64,000 nucleotides of DNA, from the NCBI GenBank assembly GCA_964441695.1, contig CAYYKO010000001.1, positions 26,781 to 90,780 on the forward strand, read 5' to 3'. Positions 47,901 through 56,652 of the stretch are shown here, piece after piece. The notes under the pieces were generated by a model, which saw only the letters and a list, made by a program, of their open reading frames with translations, did not search any database and had not been told where the DNA came from. The position numbers and the translations under genes are program-made. This DNA is from an uncultured Ruminococcus sp. GTDB lineage: Bacteria > Bacillota > Clostridia > Oscillospirales > CAG-272. Each line of letters starts with the position of its first letter. The first letter of the stretch is position 1.

Positions 47901-49364
47901 CCATTTGAGACCTTCCTCGGCTTCTACGGAGACAAGGTGCCCGATATCGATCTTAACTTTTCCGGAGACGTTCAGGCGGACGCGCACAAGTTCACCGAGG
48001 TGCTCTTTGGCACGGGCAAAGCCTTCCGCGCCGGTACCATCGGTACTCTTGCCGCAAAGACCGCCTACGGCTTCGTCGCGCGCTATCTCGAGGAGCGCGG
48101 AATTTCCGTCAACCGCGCCGAAAGCGAGCGGCTGATCGCCGGCTGCGTCGGAGTCAAGCGCACCACGGGTCAGCATCCGGGAGGAATAATCGTTGTTCCC
48201 GCAGAGCACGACGTGTACGAGTTCTGCCCCGTGCAGCACCCCGCCGACGACCCGAATTCCTCGATAATCACGACTCACTTCGAGTTCAAGTATCTGCACG
48301 ACACGATACTGAAGCTCGATATACTCGGACACGATATTCCGACTAAGTACAAGCGACTTGAAGAATATTCCGGAATGAACATCCTCGACGTGCCGCTGTC
48401 CGACCCGCAGGTGTACAAGCTCTTTACGTCGACCGAGCCGCTCGGAGTCACGCCTCAGCAGATAAACAGCGAGACCGGCACGCTCGGACTGCCCGAGATG
48501 GGTACGAAGTTCATCAGAGGCGTGCTTATGGCTGCACAGCCGAAGACCTTTGCCGACCTCTTGCAGATATCGGGGCTCACCCACGGCACGGGAGTCTGGC
48601 TCGGAAATGCGGACGAGCTTATCAAAAACAACGTCTGCACGATATCCGACGTTATCGGGTGCCGTGACGATATCATGCTTTACCTGATCCAAAAGCACGA
48701 CCTTGATAAGAGCCACGCGTTCAAGATAATGGAGGACGTGCGAAAGGGAAAGGGGCTCAAGCCCGAGTACGAGCAGGAAATGCGCGAGCACGGCGTGCCC
48801 GATTGGTACATCGAGTCGTGCAAGAAGATAAAATACATGTTCCCGAAGGCGCACGCGGCAGCATATGTTATGGACGCGCTGCGACTCGGCTGGTATAAGA
48901 TATATCACCCGGACGTTTTCTACGCCGCGTACTTTACCGCCGCGCCGTCAGGCTTTGACGCCGAGATAGTAATGGGCGGCAAGGAGCGCGTCGCCGCCGT
49001 CATCAAGGAATATTCGCGCCCCGGTGCCGAGCTGTCGCAGAAGGAAGCAGACACGCTCGACGCGCTGAACCTTGTCAATGAGTGCTATCAGCGGGGATAT
49101 TCGTTCCTGCCGGTCGACTTTGCGACCTCGGACGCGCATAAATACGTTCCCGAAAACGGAAAAATACGCCTTCCGCTCGATTCGCTCCCCGGAGTCGGCT
49201 CGGCTGCGGCGGAAAGCATTGTCGCCGCGAGGGAAAGAGGACCGATATATTCGATAGACGACCTGAAGCGCGAGAGCGGAATGTCAAAGTCCGTTCAGGA
49301 GATACTTGAGCGAAACGGCGTCCTGAAGGAGCTCTCGCGCACTAACCAGCTTACAATGTTTTAG
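44937..49364 (+). CDS. polC: DNA polymerase III alpha subunit, PolC type
   Basis: About 1475 aa. It has a PHP domain (ELHAHTNMSAMDA), an inserted DEDD exonuclease (FDIETTGLS, HNASFD, HRACDDA), a Zn finger (CLKC...CPVCG) and the polymerase core. TAG stop. Confidence 0.95.
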   Translation: MGEARKTLYDRFGRYDPVGIHRVIYDKAVVSSVKLDRERRIVELAVELPELFDKTDIYSLEEALCAAYELRLVRILTKYPSECFDMSYLPQVILEARRVGSVVNGFFSHMKTSLDGDSIHIAIPFSAGAIELHDMAHTAAVISNIIASEFGLRFNVKIEQTEDADARYAEHVSRQLAELNTRSQSIAAAEERRMASAAAAQSGEAAPVEETVKLPRAYSLFEGSDTVSRDTDNENIIISGRMRFDSSTIEVLLGHDPSLDELIPLRAVKSVGRGVSIIGEVFAVTEKETRRGDKLTVTVGITDRDASLFIKSTVDPEGAEELKSMFGVGKSVIVKGNIKADSFDGELFMQYSEVAQIERVLREDNAPEKRVELHAHTNMSAMDALTKPDELVKTAARWGHGAVAVTDHGNLQSFPIAMLTAEKLGGKVKVLYGVEAYFVDDTQRAAYRGEGITFDDEFAVFDIETTGLSAATCAITEIGAVIIKKGEILDRFNTFVNPGVPIPEKITQLTGITDEMVADAPDISEVLPRFFEFCGDRMLVAHNASFDTSFIRAAAERCGLPFVSPYLDTVAMSHYVNPTAKNHKLDTLAQLYGLGDFNHHRACDDAEMLALIFDKMTSRLKEEGILDIDRMNYVMSERADPLKLRTYHQIILVKNKTGLKNLYKLVSDSYLKYYKRNPRIPKTRLTELREGLIIGSACEAGELFRAMLDNRPEDELIEMASFYDYLEIQPICNNMFLVAEGKVADEEGLRELNRRIIDIGKKAGRPVVATCDAHYLDPEDEIYRRILLAGMKFKDADHETKLYYRTTEEMLAEFEYLGEQTAREVVITNPRRIADMIETVRPIPEGNYPPHIDGAEEELTEKCHALAREMYGDVPPEEVTSRLDRELDSIIKNGFAIMYIIARKLVENSEAKGYQVGSRGSVGSSFAATMAGITKVNPLPPHYRCLKCKYSDFHDFKTEQPDVKSGFDLAPKKCPVCGEELYRDGHDIPFETFLGFYGDKVPDIDLNFSGDVQADAHKFTEVLFGTGKAFRAGTIGTLAAKTAYGFVARYLEERGISVNRAESERLIAGCVGVKRTTGQHPGGIIVVPAEHDVYEFCPVQHPADDPNSSIITTHFEFKYLHDTILKLDILGHDIPTKYKRLEEYSGMNILDVPLSDPQVYKLFTSTEPLGVTPQQINSETGTLGLPEMGTKFIRGVLMAAQPKTFADLLQISGLTHGTGVWLGNADELIKNNVCTISDVIGCRDDIMLYLIQKHDLDKSHAFKIMEDVRKGKGLKPEYEQEMREHGVPDWYIESCKKIKYMFPKAHAAAYVMDALRLGWYKIYHPDVFYAAYFTAAPSGFDAEIVMGGKERVAAVIKEYSRPGAELSQKEADTLDALNLVNECYQRGYSFLPVDFATSDAHKYVPENGKIRLPLDSLPGVGSAAAESIVAARERGPIYSIDDLKRESGMSKSVQEILERNGVLKELSRTNQLTMF

Positions 49365-49386
49365 ACCTTAAAAGCAGGAGTTTTCA

Positions 49387-50136
49387 ATGTTTGCACTCGG
49401 TACTGTAGTTAATGCCGCAACGGTCATCTGCGGCAGCCTTGCAGGAATGCTGCTCAAGCGCGGCATCGGCGAGAGACTGAGCGGCGCGCTCATGAAGTCT
49501 GTCGGTGTCGCCACAATATTCATAGGCGCGTCCGGCGCGCTGTCGGAGCTGCTTGTCGTGTCGGACGGCGTGCTGTCGACAAGGGGGATAATGCTCATGT
49601 GCGTCTCACTCGCGCTCGGCACGCTCGTCGGCGAACTGCTGAGGCTTGAGGAAGGTCTCGAGCGTCTCGGAGAGCGAATGAAGGGACTGCGTCTCTTCTC
49701 GCACGCGAGCGCGGGCTTTACCGACGGCTTTGTGTCCGCAACGCTCGTCGTCTGCGTCGGAGCGATGGCAATAGTCGGACCGATACGCGACACGCTTTAC
49801 GGCGATTATTCGATACTGTTTACAAAGTCGCTGCTCGACTTTATATCGACGATGATATTTGCCTCGACGCTCGGCGTCGGTGTGCTCTGCTCGGTCGTTC
49901 CGATGGTGCTCTATCAGGGAGCCTTCAGCGTATTCGCGCGCGTGCTCGAGCCGTATCTTTATTCTCTCGGTGACGGACTGCTCGTGCCGAATATTTCGCT
50001 TGTCGGCGGAGTGCTCATTTTCTGCGTGGGCGTGAATCTTGCCTTCGGTAAAAGGCTGCGCGTCGGCAACATGCTTCCGGCACTTTTGATCCCGCCGATC
50101 TACGCCGTTTTGCAGTCGCTTTTTGCGCTGTGCTGA
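49387..50136 (+). CDS. DUF554-family membrane protein
   Basis: MFALGTVVNAATVICGSLAGMLLKRGI... fits the DUF554/YdfK pattern. Polytopic. AGGAG RBS. Confidence 0.7.
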   Translation: MFALGTVVNAATVICGSLAGMLLKRGIGERLSGALMKSVGVATIFIGASGALSELLVVSDGVLSTRGIMLMCVSLALGTLVGELLRLEEGLERLGERMKGLRLFSHASAGFTDGFVSATLVVCVGAMAIVGPIRDTLYGDYSILFTKSLLDFISTMIFASTLGVGVLCSVVPMVLYQGAFSVFARVLEPYLYSLGDGLLVPNISLVGGVLIFCVGVNLAFGKRLRVGNMLPALLIPPIYAVLQSLFALC

Positions 50137-50263
50137 AAAAACACGTGCTTTCCCCGCGTTTTGCGCCGTTTTTTGGCATGGAGCACGGGGAAAGTTACCT
50201 AAAGTGTCAAATCCGACAAGACACGTTGCGGGTCAGCGTGACTTTTTGTGACAAAATGTCATC

Positions 50264-50292
50264 TTGATTTTTGTCGAAGAAAGGTTTATAAT
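50264..50292 (+). promoter_or_regulatory. sigma-A-type promoter for xpt
   Basis: TTGATT (50264-50269), 17 nt spacer, TATAAT (50287-50292). Confidence 0.55.
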
Positions 50293-50381
50293 GATAATAT
50301 AAGTTAACCGTGAATTGTACCGATTTTTCTAATAATAAATTTGGTAAGAATTCGCGGCAGATTGTTTTTTGGGGCGTTTTT

Positions 50382-50957
50382 ATGAGAGCACTGGAAGAAA
50401 AAATCGTAAACGAGGGTCTGGTCCTCGATGGCAATGTATTGAAGGTCGGCAGCTTTCTGAATCAGAAGATAGACACCTGCTTCGCCGTCGAGATGGCACA
50501 GGAGATTGTTCGCCTTTTTGCGGATGCTCGCATAAATAAGGTCTTGACCATCGAGTCAAGCGGTATCGCCATCGGCTTTGCCGTCGCGGCACAGCTCGGT
50601 GTGCCCATGGTATTCGTCAAGAAGAGCCATTCCTCGAACCAGTCTGGCAATATGCTGACGTCCCACATCCACTCGTACACGCACGCCATTGATTACACGG
50701 CGTCCGTATGCGCCGATTATCTGACAGCTGACGACAGCGTGCTTATCGTTGACGATTTTCTCGCTAACGGCGAGGCGCTTCGCGGGCTCATCGACATAGT
50801 TAAGCAGTCGGGTGCGACACTTGCGGGCTGCGCGGTGCAGATCGAAAAAGGCTTCCAGGGCGGCGGAGACGAGCTTCGTCGGCAGGGAGTGAGAGTCGAG
50901 TCGCTTGCGATAATCGACAAAATGTCTGCCACGGACGGTATCACCTTCAGAAGCTGA
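50382..50957 (+). CDS. xpt: xanthine phosphoribosyltransferase
   Basis: MRALEEKIVNEGLVLDGNVLKVGSFLNQKID and the PRPP motif VLIVDDFLANGEA. Confidence 0.9.
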   Translation: MRALEEKIVNEGLVLDGNVLKVGSFLNQKIDTCFAVEMAQEIVRLFADARINKVLTIESSGIAIGFAVAAQLGVPMVFVKKSHSSNQSGNMLTSHIHSYTHAIDYTASVCADYLTADDSVLIVDDFLANGEALRGLIDIVKQSGATLAGCAVQIEKGFQGGGDELRRQGVRVESLAIIDKMSATDGITFRS

Positions 50958-50975
50958 GCTACGCTTTCAAATTGT

Positions 50976-50992
50976 ATGTAATTAATTTACAT
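50976..50992. promoter_or_regulatory. AT-rich inverted repeat upstream of the BMP/ABC operon (candidate operator)
   Basis: ATGTAA-ttaat-TTACAT, 35 nt upstream of ATG 51027. Confidence 0.3.
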
Positions 50993-51026
50993 AAATTTTA
51001 TGCCGAACGGCAAGGAGAATCACAAG

Positions 51027-52307
51027 ATGAAAAAGATCCTTTCTGTTCTTCTCGCAGTTGCCATGCTCGCAGCTCTCTGCTGCGCTTGCACATCCTGCGG
51101 CAAGGACGACAACGAGGACAACAAGACCGCTGCCACAACGCTTAACGGCGATATGGTAAAGGCCAACGCTCCCGTGGAGGCTGATGCAGACGCAGATAAG
51201 TCTGATTTCAAGATCGGCTTTATCCTTCTCCACGACGAAAACTCCACCTACGACAAGAACTTTATCGACGCAGCTCTCAAGGTTAAGGAAGAGTTCGGTC
51301 TGACGGACGAGCAGGTCGTCTTCAAGTCCAACACTCCCGAGTCCAACGAGTGCTACGAGGCTGCCGCTGCTTTCGCTGACGACGGCTGCGACATCGTTTT
51401 TGCTGACTCCTTCGGTCACGAGAGCCACATTATCCGCGCTGCACGTGAGTTCCCCGAGGTTCAGTTCTGCCATGCTACGGGTACTCAGGCACAGATCGCC
51501 GGCCTTGACAACTTCCACAACGCATTTGCCTCCATCTACGAGGGCAGATACCTTGTAGGTGTTGCCGCAGGTATGAAGCTTAACGAGATGATCGAGAGCG
51601 GCGAGATCACAGCTGACCAGGCTAAGATCGGTTACGTCGGCGCGTTCAACTACGCAGAGGTCGTTTCCGGCTTTACCTCCTTCTTCCTCGGCGCGAGAAG
51701 CGTTTGCCCCTCCGCTACAATGGAAGTCGTTTATACAAACTCCTGGTTTGACATTGCACTCGAGAAGGAAGCTGCAAACAAGCTTATGGATAGCAACTGC
51801 GTACTTATCAGCCAGCACGCTGACTCCGAGGGCGCTCCCAAGGCCTGCGAGGCAAGAGGCGTTCCGAACGTAGCTTACAACATCAGCACGATCTCCATGG
51901 CTCCCACAACAGCTCTTATTTCCTCTAAGATCGACTGGGCTCCTTACTTCAGAACCATCATCAACGCAGAGCTCAACGGTGAGAAGATCCCCTCCGACTG
52001 GTGCGGCTCTCTCGCATCCGAGTCTGTTGTTCTCACAGAGCTCAACGAGGATGTAGCTGCCGAGGGCACGGCTGATGCTATCGCCGAGGCTATCGAGGCT
52101 CTCAAGAACGGCGAGCTCAAGGTATTCGACACATCCAAGTTTACCGTTGACGGTAAGACTCTCGATGAGTACCTGGCAGACGTCATCACAGACGATGCAT
52201 TCACTCCCGACACCAATGTTGTTGCAAACGGTATCTTTGACGAGTCCGCTAAGAGAAGCGCTCCGTACTTCGATATCAAGTACATCGACGGTATCAAGGA
52301 AAACTGA
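51027..52307 (+). CDS. BMP-family (PnrA/NupN-like) ABC substrate-binding lipoprotein
   Basis: Lipoprotein signal MKKILSVLLAVAMLAALCCACTSC. BMP-family blocks follow (KIGFILLHDENSTYDKNF, IGYVGAFNYAEVVSG). It precedes a 2-domain ATPase and two permeases. Confidence 0.85.
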   Translation: MKKILSVLLAVAMLAALCCACTSCGKDDNEDNKTAATTLNGDMVKANAPVEADADADKSDFKIGFILLHDENSTYDKNFIDAALKVKEEFGLTDEQVVFKSNTPESNECYEAAAAFADDGCDIVFADSFGHESHIIRAAREFPEVQFCHATGTQAQIAGLDNFHNAFASIYEGRYLVGVAAGMKLNEMIESGEITADQAKIGYVGAFNYAEVVSGFTSFFLGARSVCPSATMEVVYTNSWFDIALEKEAANKLMDSNCVLISQHADSEGAPKACEARGVPNVAYNISTISMAPTTALISSKIDWAPYFRTIINAELNGEKIPSDWCGSLASESVVLTELNEDVAAEGTADAIAEAIEALKNGELKVFDTSKFTVDGKTLDEYLADVITDDAFTPDTNVVANGIFDESAKRSAPYFDIKYIDGIKEN

Positions 52308-52323
52308 TCAAATAAACCGCTCG

Positions 52324-52348
52324 GGCGGAGTGCCGTCGGCACTCCGCC
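52324..52348 (+). other. stable intercistronic hairpin after the binding-protein gene
   Basis: GGCGGAGTGCC-gtc-GGCACTCCGCC forms an 11-bp perfect stem followed by only TT. A second, weaker hairpin plus T6 lies near 52386-52410. Confidence 0.6.
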
Positions 52349-52438
52349 TTGAGCCTTATTTTATATACACCTCGGCTTTGAAAAGCGTCCGACATTTTCG
52401 GGCTTTTTTCAAACCCGATGAGAAAGGCAAGGTAAAAG

Positions 52439-53971
52439 ATGAGCGTTGCGATTGAGCTGAAAAACATCACAAAAAGCTTCGGAAGCATCGTTGCCAACAA
52501 AAATGTCAGCCTGAGCGTTAATAAGGGAGAGATACTTTCTCTGCTCGGCGAGAACGGCAGCGGTAAAACGACCCTAATGAACATGATATCCGGTATATAT
52601 CATCCCGATGAGGGACAGATATTTATAAACGGCGAGGAGGTCGCTATTCGTTCGCCTCACGAGGCCTTCGAGTATAAGATCGGTATGATCCATCAGCACT
52701 TCAAGCTTGTGGATATATTTACGGCAGCCGAAAACATAACGCTCGGTCTTAACGAAAAGGGACGCTTCGATATCGTTGACGTTATCGAGCGCGTTCGGGA
52801 GATAAGCGATAAATACGGCTTCGATATCGACCCGACAAAGAAAATTTACGAGATGTCTGTCTCCGAGAAGCAGACCGTTGAGATAATCAAGGTGCTCTAC
52901 CGCGGCGCCGACATTCTCATTCTTGACGAGCCGACCGCGGTGCTCACACCGCAGGAAACACGCAAGCTTTTCCGCGTCCTTCGCAGAATGCGTGACGACG
53001 GTAAGGCGATCATAATAATCACGCATAAGCTCCACGAGGTGCTTTCGCTCTCCGACAGAGTTTCCGTCCTTCGCAAGGGAGAATATGTCGGAACGGTCGA
53101 GACCGCGTCCACAAGCGAGGCGCAGCTTACAGAGATGATGGTCGGCAAGAAGGTCGAGCTGAATATCGAGCGAGATGAGCCCGTTTCTCCCACCGACAGA
53201 CTTGTGGTGAAGAACATCAGCTGCATTAACCGCGAGGGCGTGCGCGTCCTTGACGACATCAGCTTCACCGCGCGCTCGGGCGAGATCCTCGGAATTGCGG
53301 GAATTGCCGGAAGCGGTCAGCGCGAGCTGCTTGAATCCATCGCAGGTCTTCAGCACCTCAGCGAGGGCGAGATACTTTATAATAACCCCAAGACCGGCAA
53401 TACAGACGACCTTCGCGACAAGACTCCGCTTCAGATAAGAGAGCTCGGCGTTCGCCTTTCCTTCGTTCCCGAGGACAGACTCGGCATGGGACTTGTCGGT
53501 AATATGGATATCGTCGATAACATGATGCTTCGCAGCTACCGCCGCGGTAAGTCGTTCTTCCTTGAGCGTCAGGGACCGCGTGACCTTGCCGACGACATCG
53601 TCTCGCGCCTTGCGGTCGCGACTCCGAATACTTCGACACCCGTGCGTAAGCTTTCCGGCGGAAACGTGCAGAAGGTGCTTGTGGGACGTGAGATAGCTGC
53701 ATCCCCCACGGTGCTTATGGCGGCGTATCCCGTGCGCGGACTCGATATCAATTCTTCTTATCTTATCTACAACCTTCTCAATGAGCAGAAGAAGAACGGC
53801 GTTGCCGTTATCTTCGTCGGCGAGGATCTTGATGTGCTCATCGAGCTGTGTGACCGTATAATGGTCATCGGCGGCGGACGCATTACCGGAATCGTCGACG
53901 GCAGAAGCGCATCCAAGGAGGAGATAGGACTTCTCATGACAAAGAGCGGAGGAGGTAACGAAAATGACTGA
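52439..53971 (+). CDS. ABC transporter ATP-binding protein with duplicated ABC cassettes
   Basis: Walker A GENGSGKTT, Walker B ILILDEPTA and the second-cassette signature LSGGNVQK. Confidence 0.9.
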   Translation: MSVAIELKNITKSFGSIVANKNVSLSVNKGEILSLLGENGSGKTTLMNMISGIYHPDEGQIFINGEEVAIRSPHEAFEYKIGMIHQHFKLVDIFTAAENITLGLNEKGRFDIVDVIERVREISDKYGFDIDPTKKIYEMSVSEKQTVEIIKVLYRGADILILDEPTAVLTPQETRKLFRVLRRMRDDGKAIIIITHKLHEVLSLSDRVSVLRKGEYVGTVETASTSEAQLTEMMVGKKVELNIERDEPVSPTDRLVVKNISCINREGVRVLDDISFTARSGEILGIAGIAGSGQRELLESIAGLQHLSEGEILYNNPKTGNTDDLRDKTPLQIRELGVRLSFVPEDRLGMGLVGNMDIVDNMMLRSYRRGKSFFLERQGPRDLADDIVSRLAVATPNTSTPVRKLSGGNVQKVLVGREIAASPTVLMAAYPVRGLDINSSYLIYNLLNEQKKNGVAVIFVGEDLDVLIELCDRIMVIGGGRITGIVDGRSASKEEIGLLMTKSGGGNEND

Positions 53972-55064
53972 TAACAAGAAAATACGCGAGCCCCTTCTCC
54001 GCATTTCAAAGCGCTCATCCATTTCGCGCCCCAAGGCGTATCTCATCAGAGCGGCGGCGATAGTCGCGGGCTTCCTTCTCGGCGCACTCGTGATTTACGC
54101 GCTTACCGACTGCGTGCCGACAAAGGTGTTCAAGTCGCTCTTCGTCGGAACCTTCGGCACGGAGCGCCGCATGTGGTTCACGCTTCAGCAGACGGCAATG
54201 CTTCTGTGCATTTCGCTTGCGGTAACGCCCGCGTTTAAGATGCGATTTTGGAATATCGGAGCCGAGGGTCAGGTGCTCGTGGGAGCGCTCGCGGCAGTCG
54301 CGTGCATCGTCTATATCGAGGACATGATCCCGAACTGGCTGTTGCTTATCGTAATGGTCGCGTCGAGCATACTCGCCGGAATGCTGTGGGCGATAATTCC
54401 CGCATATTTCAAGGCGAAGTGGAACACAAACGAAACGCTGTTTACGCTTATGATGAACTACATCGCAATGCAACTTGTTTCGTTTATGATAATGATATGG
54501 GTCCCGAACGGCTCAAGCGTTCTTCCGACACAGGAATTCGGCTGGCTCCCGCCCATCTTCGAAAAGAAGTATCTTTTCAGCATACTTGTGGTCGTCGCAC
54601 TCACGGTGCTCATGTTTATCTATCTCAGGTCGACAAAGCAGGGCTATGAGATATCGGTCGTCGGCGAAAGCGAGAACACAGCACGCTATATCGGAATCAA
54701 CGTAAAGCGTGTTATCCTTCGTACACTTGCAATATCGGGTGCGCTTTGCGGAGTTGCGGGCTTCCTTATCGTTGCGGGTGCGGAGCACACCGTGACCAAG
54801 GACAGCGCGGCGGGCAACGGCTTTACCGCGATCATCGTATCGTGGATGTCGAAGTTCAATCCGATCATCATGGCGTTCTCATCGCTTCTCATTGTTTTCC
54901 TGCGCGAGGGAAGCTCCAAGATCGCCGAGACCTACAGCCTCAGCGATAGTATCTCCGACATCGTAACGGGAATCGTGCTGTTCTTCATTATCGGCTGCGA
55001 GTTCTTTATTAACTATAAGGTAAATATCCGCCGCAGCGCGGCTCATAAGAAGGAGGAGAAGTAA
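53964..55064 (+). CDS. ABC transporter permease
   Basis: Polytopic, of the branched-chain/sugar permease type (NIGAEGQ motif). It overlaps the ATPase gene by 8 nt. AGGAGG RBS. Confidence 0.85.
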   Translation: MTDNKKIREPLLRISKRSSISRPKAYLIRAAAIVAGFLLGALVIYALTDCVPTKVFKSLFVGTFGTERRMWFTLQQTAMLLCISLAVTPAFKMRFWNIGAEGQVLVGALAAVACIVYIEDMIPNWLLLIVMVASSILAGMLWAIIPAYFKAKWNTNETLFTLMMNYIAMQLVSFMIMIWVPNGSSVLPTQEFGWLPPIFEKKYLFSILVVVALTVLMFIYLRSTKQGYEISVVGESENTARYIGINVKRVILRTLAISGALCGVAGFLIVAGAEHTVTKDSAAGNGFTAIIVSWMSKFNPIIMAFSSLLIVFLREGSSKIAETYSLSDSISDIVTGIVLFFIIGCEFFINYKVNIRRSAAHKKEEK

Positions 55065-56047
55065 TGATACAGACAATAGCTTCGTTCATAACAGCTGCTA
55101 TAATTCAGAGCATTCCTCTTCTTTACGGCGCGACGGGCGAGATAATTACCGAGAAGAGCGGAAACCTCAACCTCGGTATCCCCGGAATCATGTACGTCGG
55201 CGGAATATCGGGAATTATCGGCGCGTTCCTGTACGAGAACTCGATGGAAAATCCGACAGCCTTCTGGTGCATCATAATTCCACTGCTTTCGACGCTCATC
55301 GGCGCGGGACTTATGGCGCTCATCTACAGCTTCCTTACAATTACCCTCCGTGCAAACCAGAACGTAACGGGACTTGCACTCACGACCTTCGGTATCGGAA
55401 TCGGTAATTTCTTCGGCGGCTCGCTTCTCAAGCTCTTCGGTCAGAGCGGCTCGATCTCGCTCCTTACAACAGGTAATTATTATAAGACAAAGCTCCCGTT
55501 TGCCGATAAGCTCGGGCTTTTCGGAGAGACCTTCCTTTCCTTTGGCTTTTTGGTGTATCTTGCAATAATCGTCGCTGTTGTGGCGTCGATATTCCTGAAG
55601 CGCACGCGCGCGGGACTGAATCTCCGCGCGGTCGGTGAGAACCCCGCCACAGCGGACGCTGCCGGCATTAACGTAACAAAGCACAAGTATCTCGCTACCG
55701 TTATCGGCGGCGCGATATCCGGACTCGGCGGTCTGTATTTCGTAATGGACTACACAGCGGGCGCATGGACGAACAACGGCTTCGGCGACCGTGGCTGGCT
55801 TGCGATAGCGATCGTTATTTTCGCACTGTGGAAGCCCTCGTCGGCGATACTCAGTTCGTTTTTGTTCGGCGGACTTTACATTATTTGCGTGTACATCCCC
55901 GGACTTTCCGGAGCCGCAAAGGAGCTTATAAAGATGCTGCCTTATGTGGTAACGATAATCGTGCTTGTATTCACGAGCGCAAGAAAGCGCCGCGAGCATC
56001 AACCTCCGGCACACCTCGGACTTTCGTATTTCCGAGAGGACAGATAA
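55064..56047 (+). CDS. ABC transporter permease
   Basis: Polytopic paralogue of the previous permease. The junction is a TAATG stop/start overlap. Confidence 0.85.
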   Translation: MIQTIASFITAAIIQSIPLLYGATGEIITEKSGNLNLGIPGIMYVGGISGIIGAFLYENSMENPTAFWCIIIPLLSTLIGAGLMALIYSFLTITLRANQNVTGLALTTFGIGIGNFFGGSLLKLFGQSGSISLLTTGNYYKTKLPFADKLGLFGETFLSFGFLVYLAIIVAVVASIFLKRTRAGLNLRAVGENPATADAAGINVTKHKYLATVIGGAISGLGGLYFVMDYTAGAWTNNGFGDRGWLAIAIVIFALWKPSSAILSSFLFGGLYIICVYIPGLSGAAKELIKMLPYVVTIIVLVFTSARKRREHQPPAHLGLSYFREDR

Positions 56048-56142
56048 CAGCAATTGCCGCGGCGCGCCGACACAAAAGGAGTGCCGCGGCAAATCAAATG
56101 AAGAAATTTCTGCCCGAAATGCGAATTTCCGCAAAAAGCTAT

Positions 56143-56170
56143 TGAAATTCAAGCGGAAATATGGTATAAT
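56143..56170 (+). promoter_or_regulatory. sigma-A-type promoter for tRNA-Ser
   Basis: TTGAAA (56143-56148), 16 nt spacer, TATAAT (56165-56170). Confidence 0.6.
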
Positions 56171-56210
56171 AATATGCGTCGGTAAACACATTGCCGCGAA
56201 AACAGAATAC

Positions 56211-56296
56211 GGAGAGATATCGAAGTGGTCATAACGGGGCTGACTCGAAATCAGTTTGCGAGCAATCGCACGAGGGTTCGAATCCCTCTCTCTCCG
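56211..56296 (+). tRNA. tRNA-Ser (anticodon CGA), class II with long variable arm; CCA not encoded
   Basis: Hand-folded. Acceptor GGAGAGA/TCTCTCC. T-arm GAGGG-TTCGAAT-CCCTC. Anticodon stem GCTGA/TCAGT with loop CTCGAAA. 5-bp variable stem TGCGA/TCGCA. Confidence 0.85.
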
Positions 56297-56300
56297 ATAA

Positions 56301-56344
56301 GTCAAGGTCGCAATTCACAAGAATTGCGACCTTGACTCTTTTTT
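56301..56344 (+). terminator. strong intrinsic terminator after tRNA-Ser
   Basis: 16-bp perfect stem GTCAAGGTCGCAATTC/GAATTGCGACCTTGAC with loop ACAA, followed by TCTTTTTT. Confidence 0.9.
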
Positions 56345-56363
56345 GAATAATTCACGCAGGTGG

Positions 56364-56392
56364 TTGACAATTTGTCTAACATTGGATATAAT
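56364..56392 (+). promoter_or_regulatory. exact consensus sigma-A promoter at the edge of the AT-rich islet
   Basis: TTGACA (56364-56369), 17 nt spacer, TATAAT (56387-56392). GGATATAAT is repeated at 56399-56407. Confidence 0.65.
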
Positions 56393-56497
56393 ATGGAATG
56401 GATATAATGTTTATTAAACAAATAACAACACAGTTCTCGCCATTGAGGATATAAAAGAAATCCATAATCAAAACAGATAATTGTTTTGGAGTGCGAT

Positions 56498-56647
56498 ATG
56501 GCACTTGAAAATAAATTAGGACTGATAAGATCCGCTGACATTGCCCGTGAGAAAAACGCACAAGCAAGAAAAAGACTCAAGATGTTCACGCTGAGCCCGA
56601 CATGCTTTGGCATCTCCGGCACGACTTGTGTTGTTAAGGAGGGATGA
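56498..56647 (+). pseudogene. 49-codon ORF resembling the N-terminus of Fic/DOC-family proteins (probable remnant or leader ORF)
   Basis: MALENKLGLIRSADIAREKNAQARKRLKMF... resembles the MxLENKLGIxxxxELAxxEExISKK start I recall for Firmicute Fic proteins. No Fic core (HPFxxGNGR) follows. GGAG RBS. Confidence 0.4.
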
Positions 56648-56652
56648 TCGCT

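Noticed and set aside
50293-50381. Possible guanine/purine riboswitch in the xpt leader (the start UAUAAG... resembles the P1 start of the B. subtilis xpt aptamer).
   Set aside because: No complementary P2 or P3 arms are present, and the conserved junction and loop sequences are missing. Only a covariance-model scan could overturn this.
56053-56092. 10-bp GC hairpin TTGCCGCGGC...GCCGCGGCAA after the last ABC permease gene, as a possible terminator.
   Set aside because: It has a 19-nt loop and no U-tract. It may stabilise the mRNA 3' end, but I cannot support calling it a terminator.
56211-56296. Whether the tRNA could be an amber suppressor explaining the TAG in pgi.
   Set aside because: Hand folding gives the anticodon loop CTCGAAA, so the anticodon is CGA (Ser, codon UCG) and not CUA.
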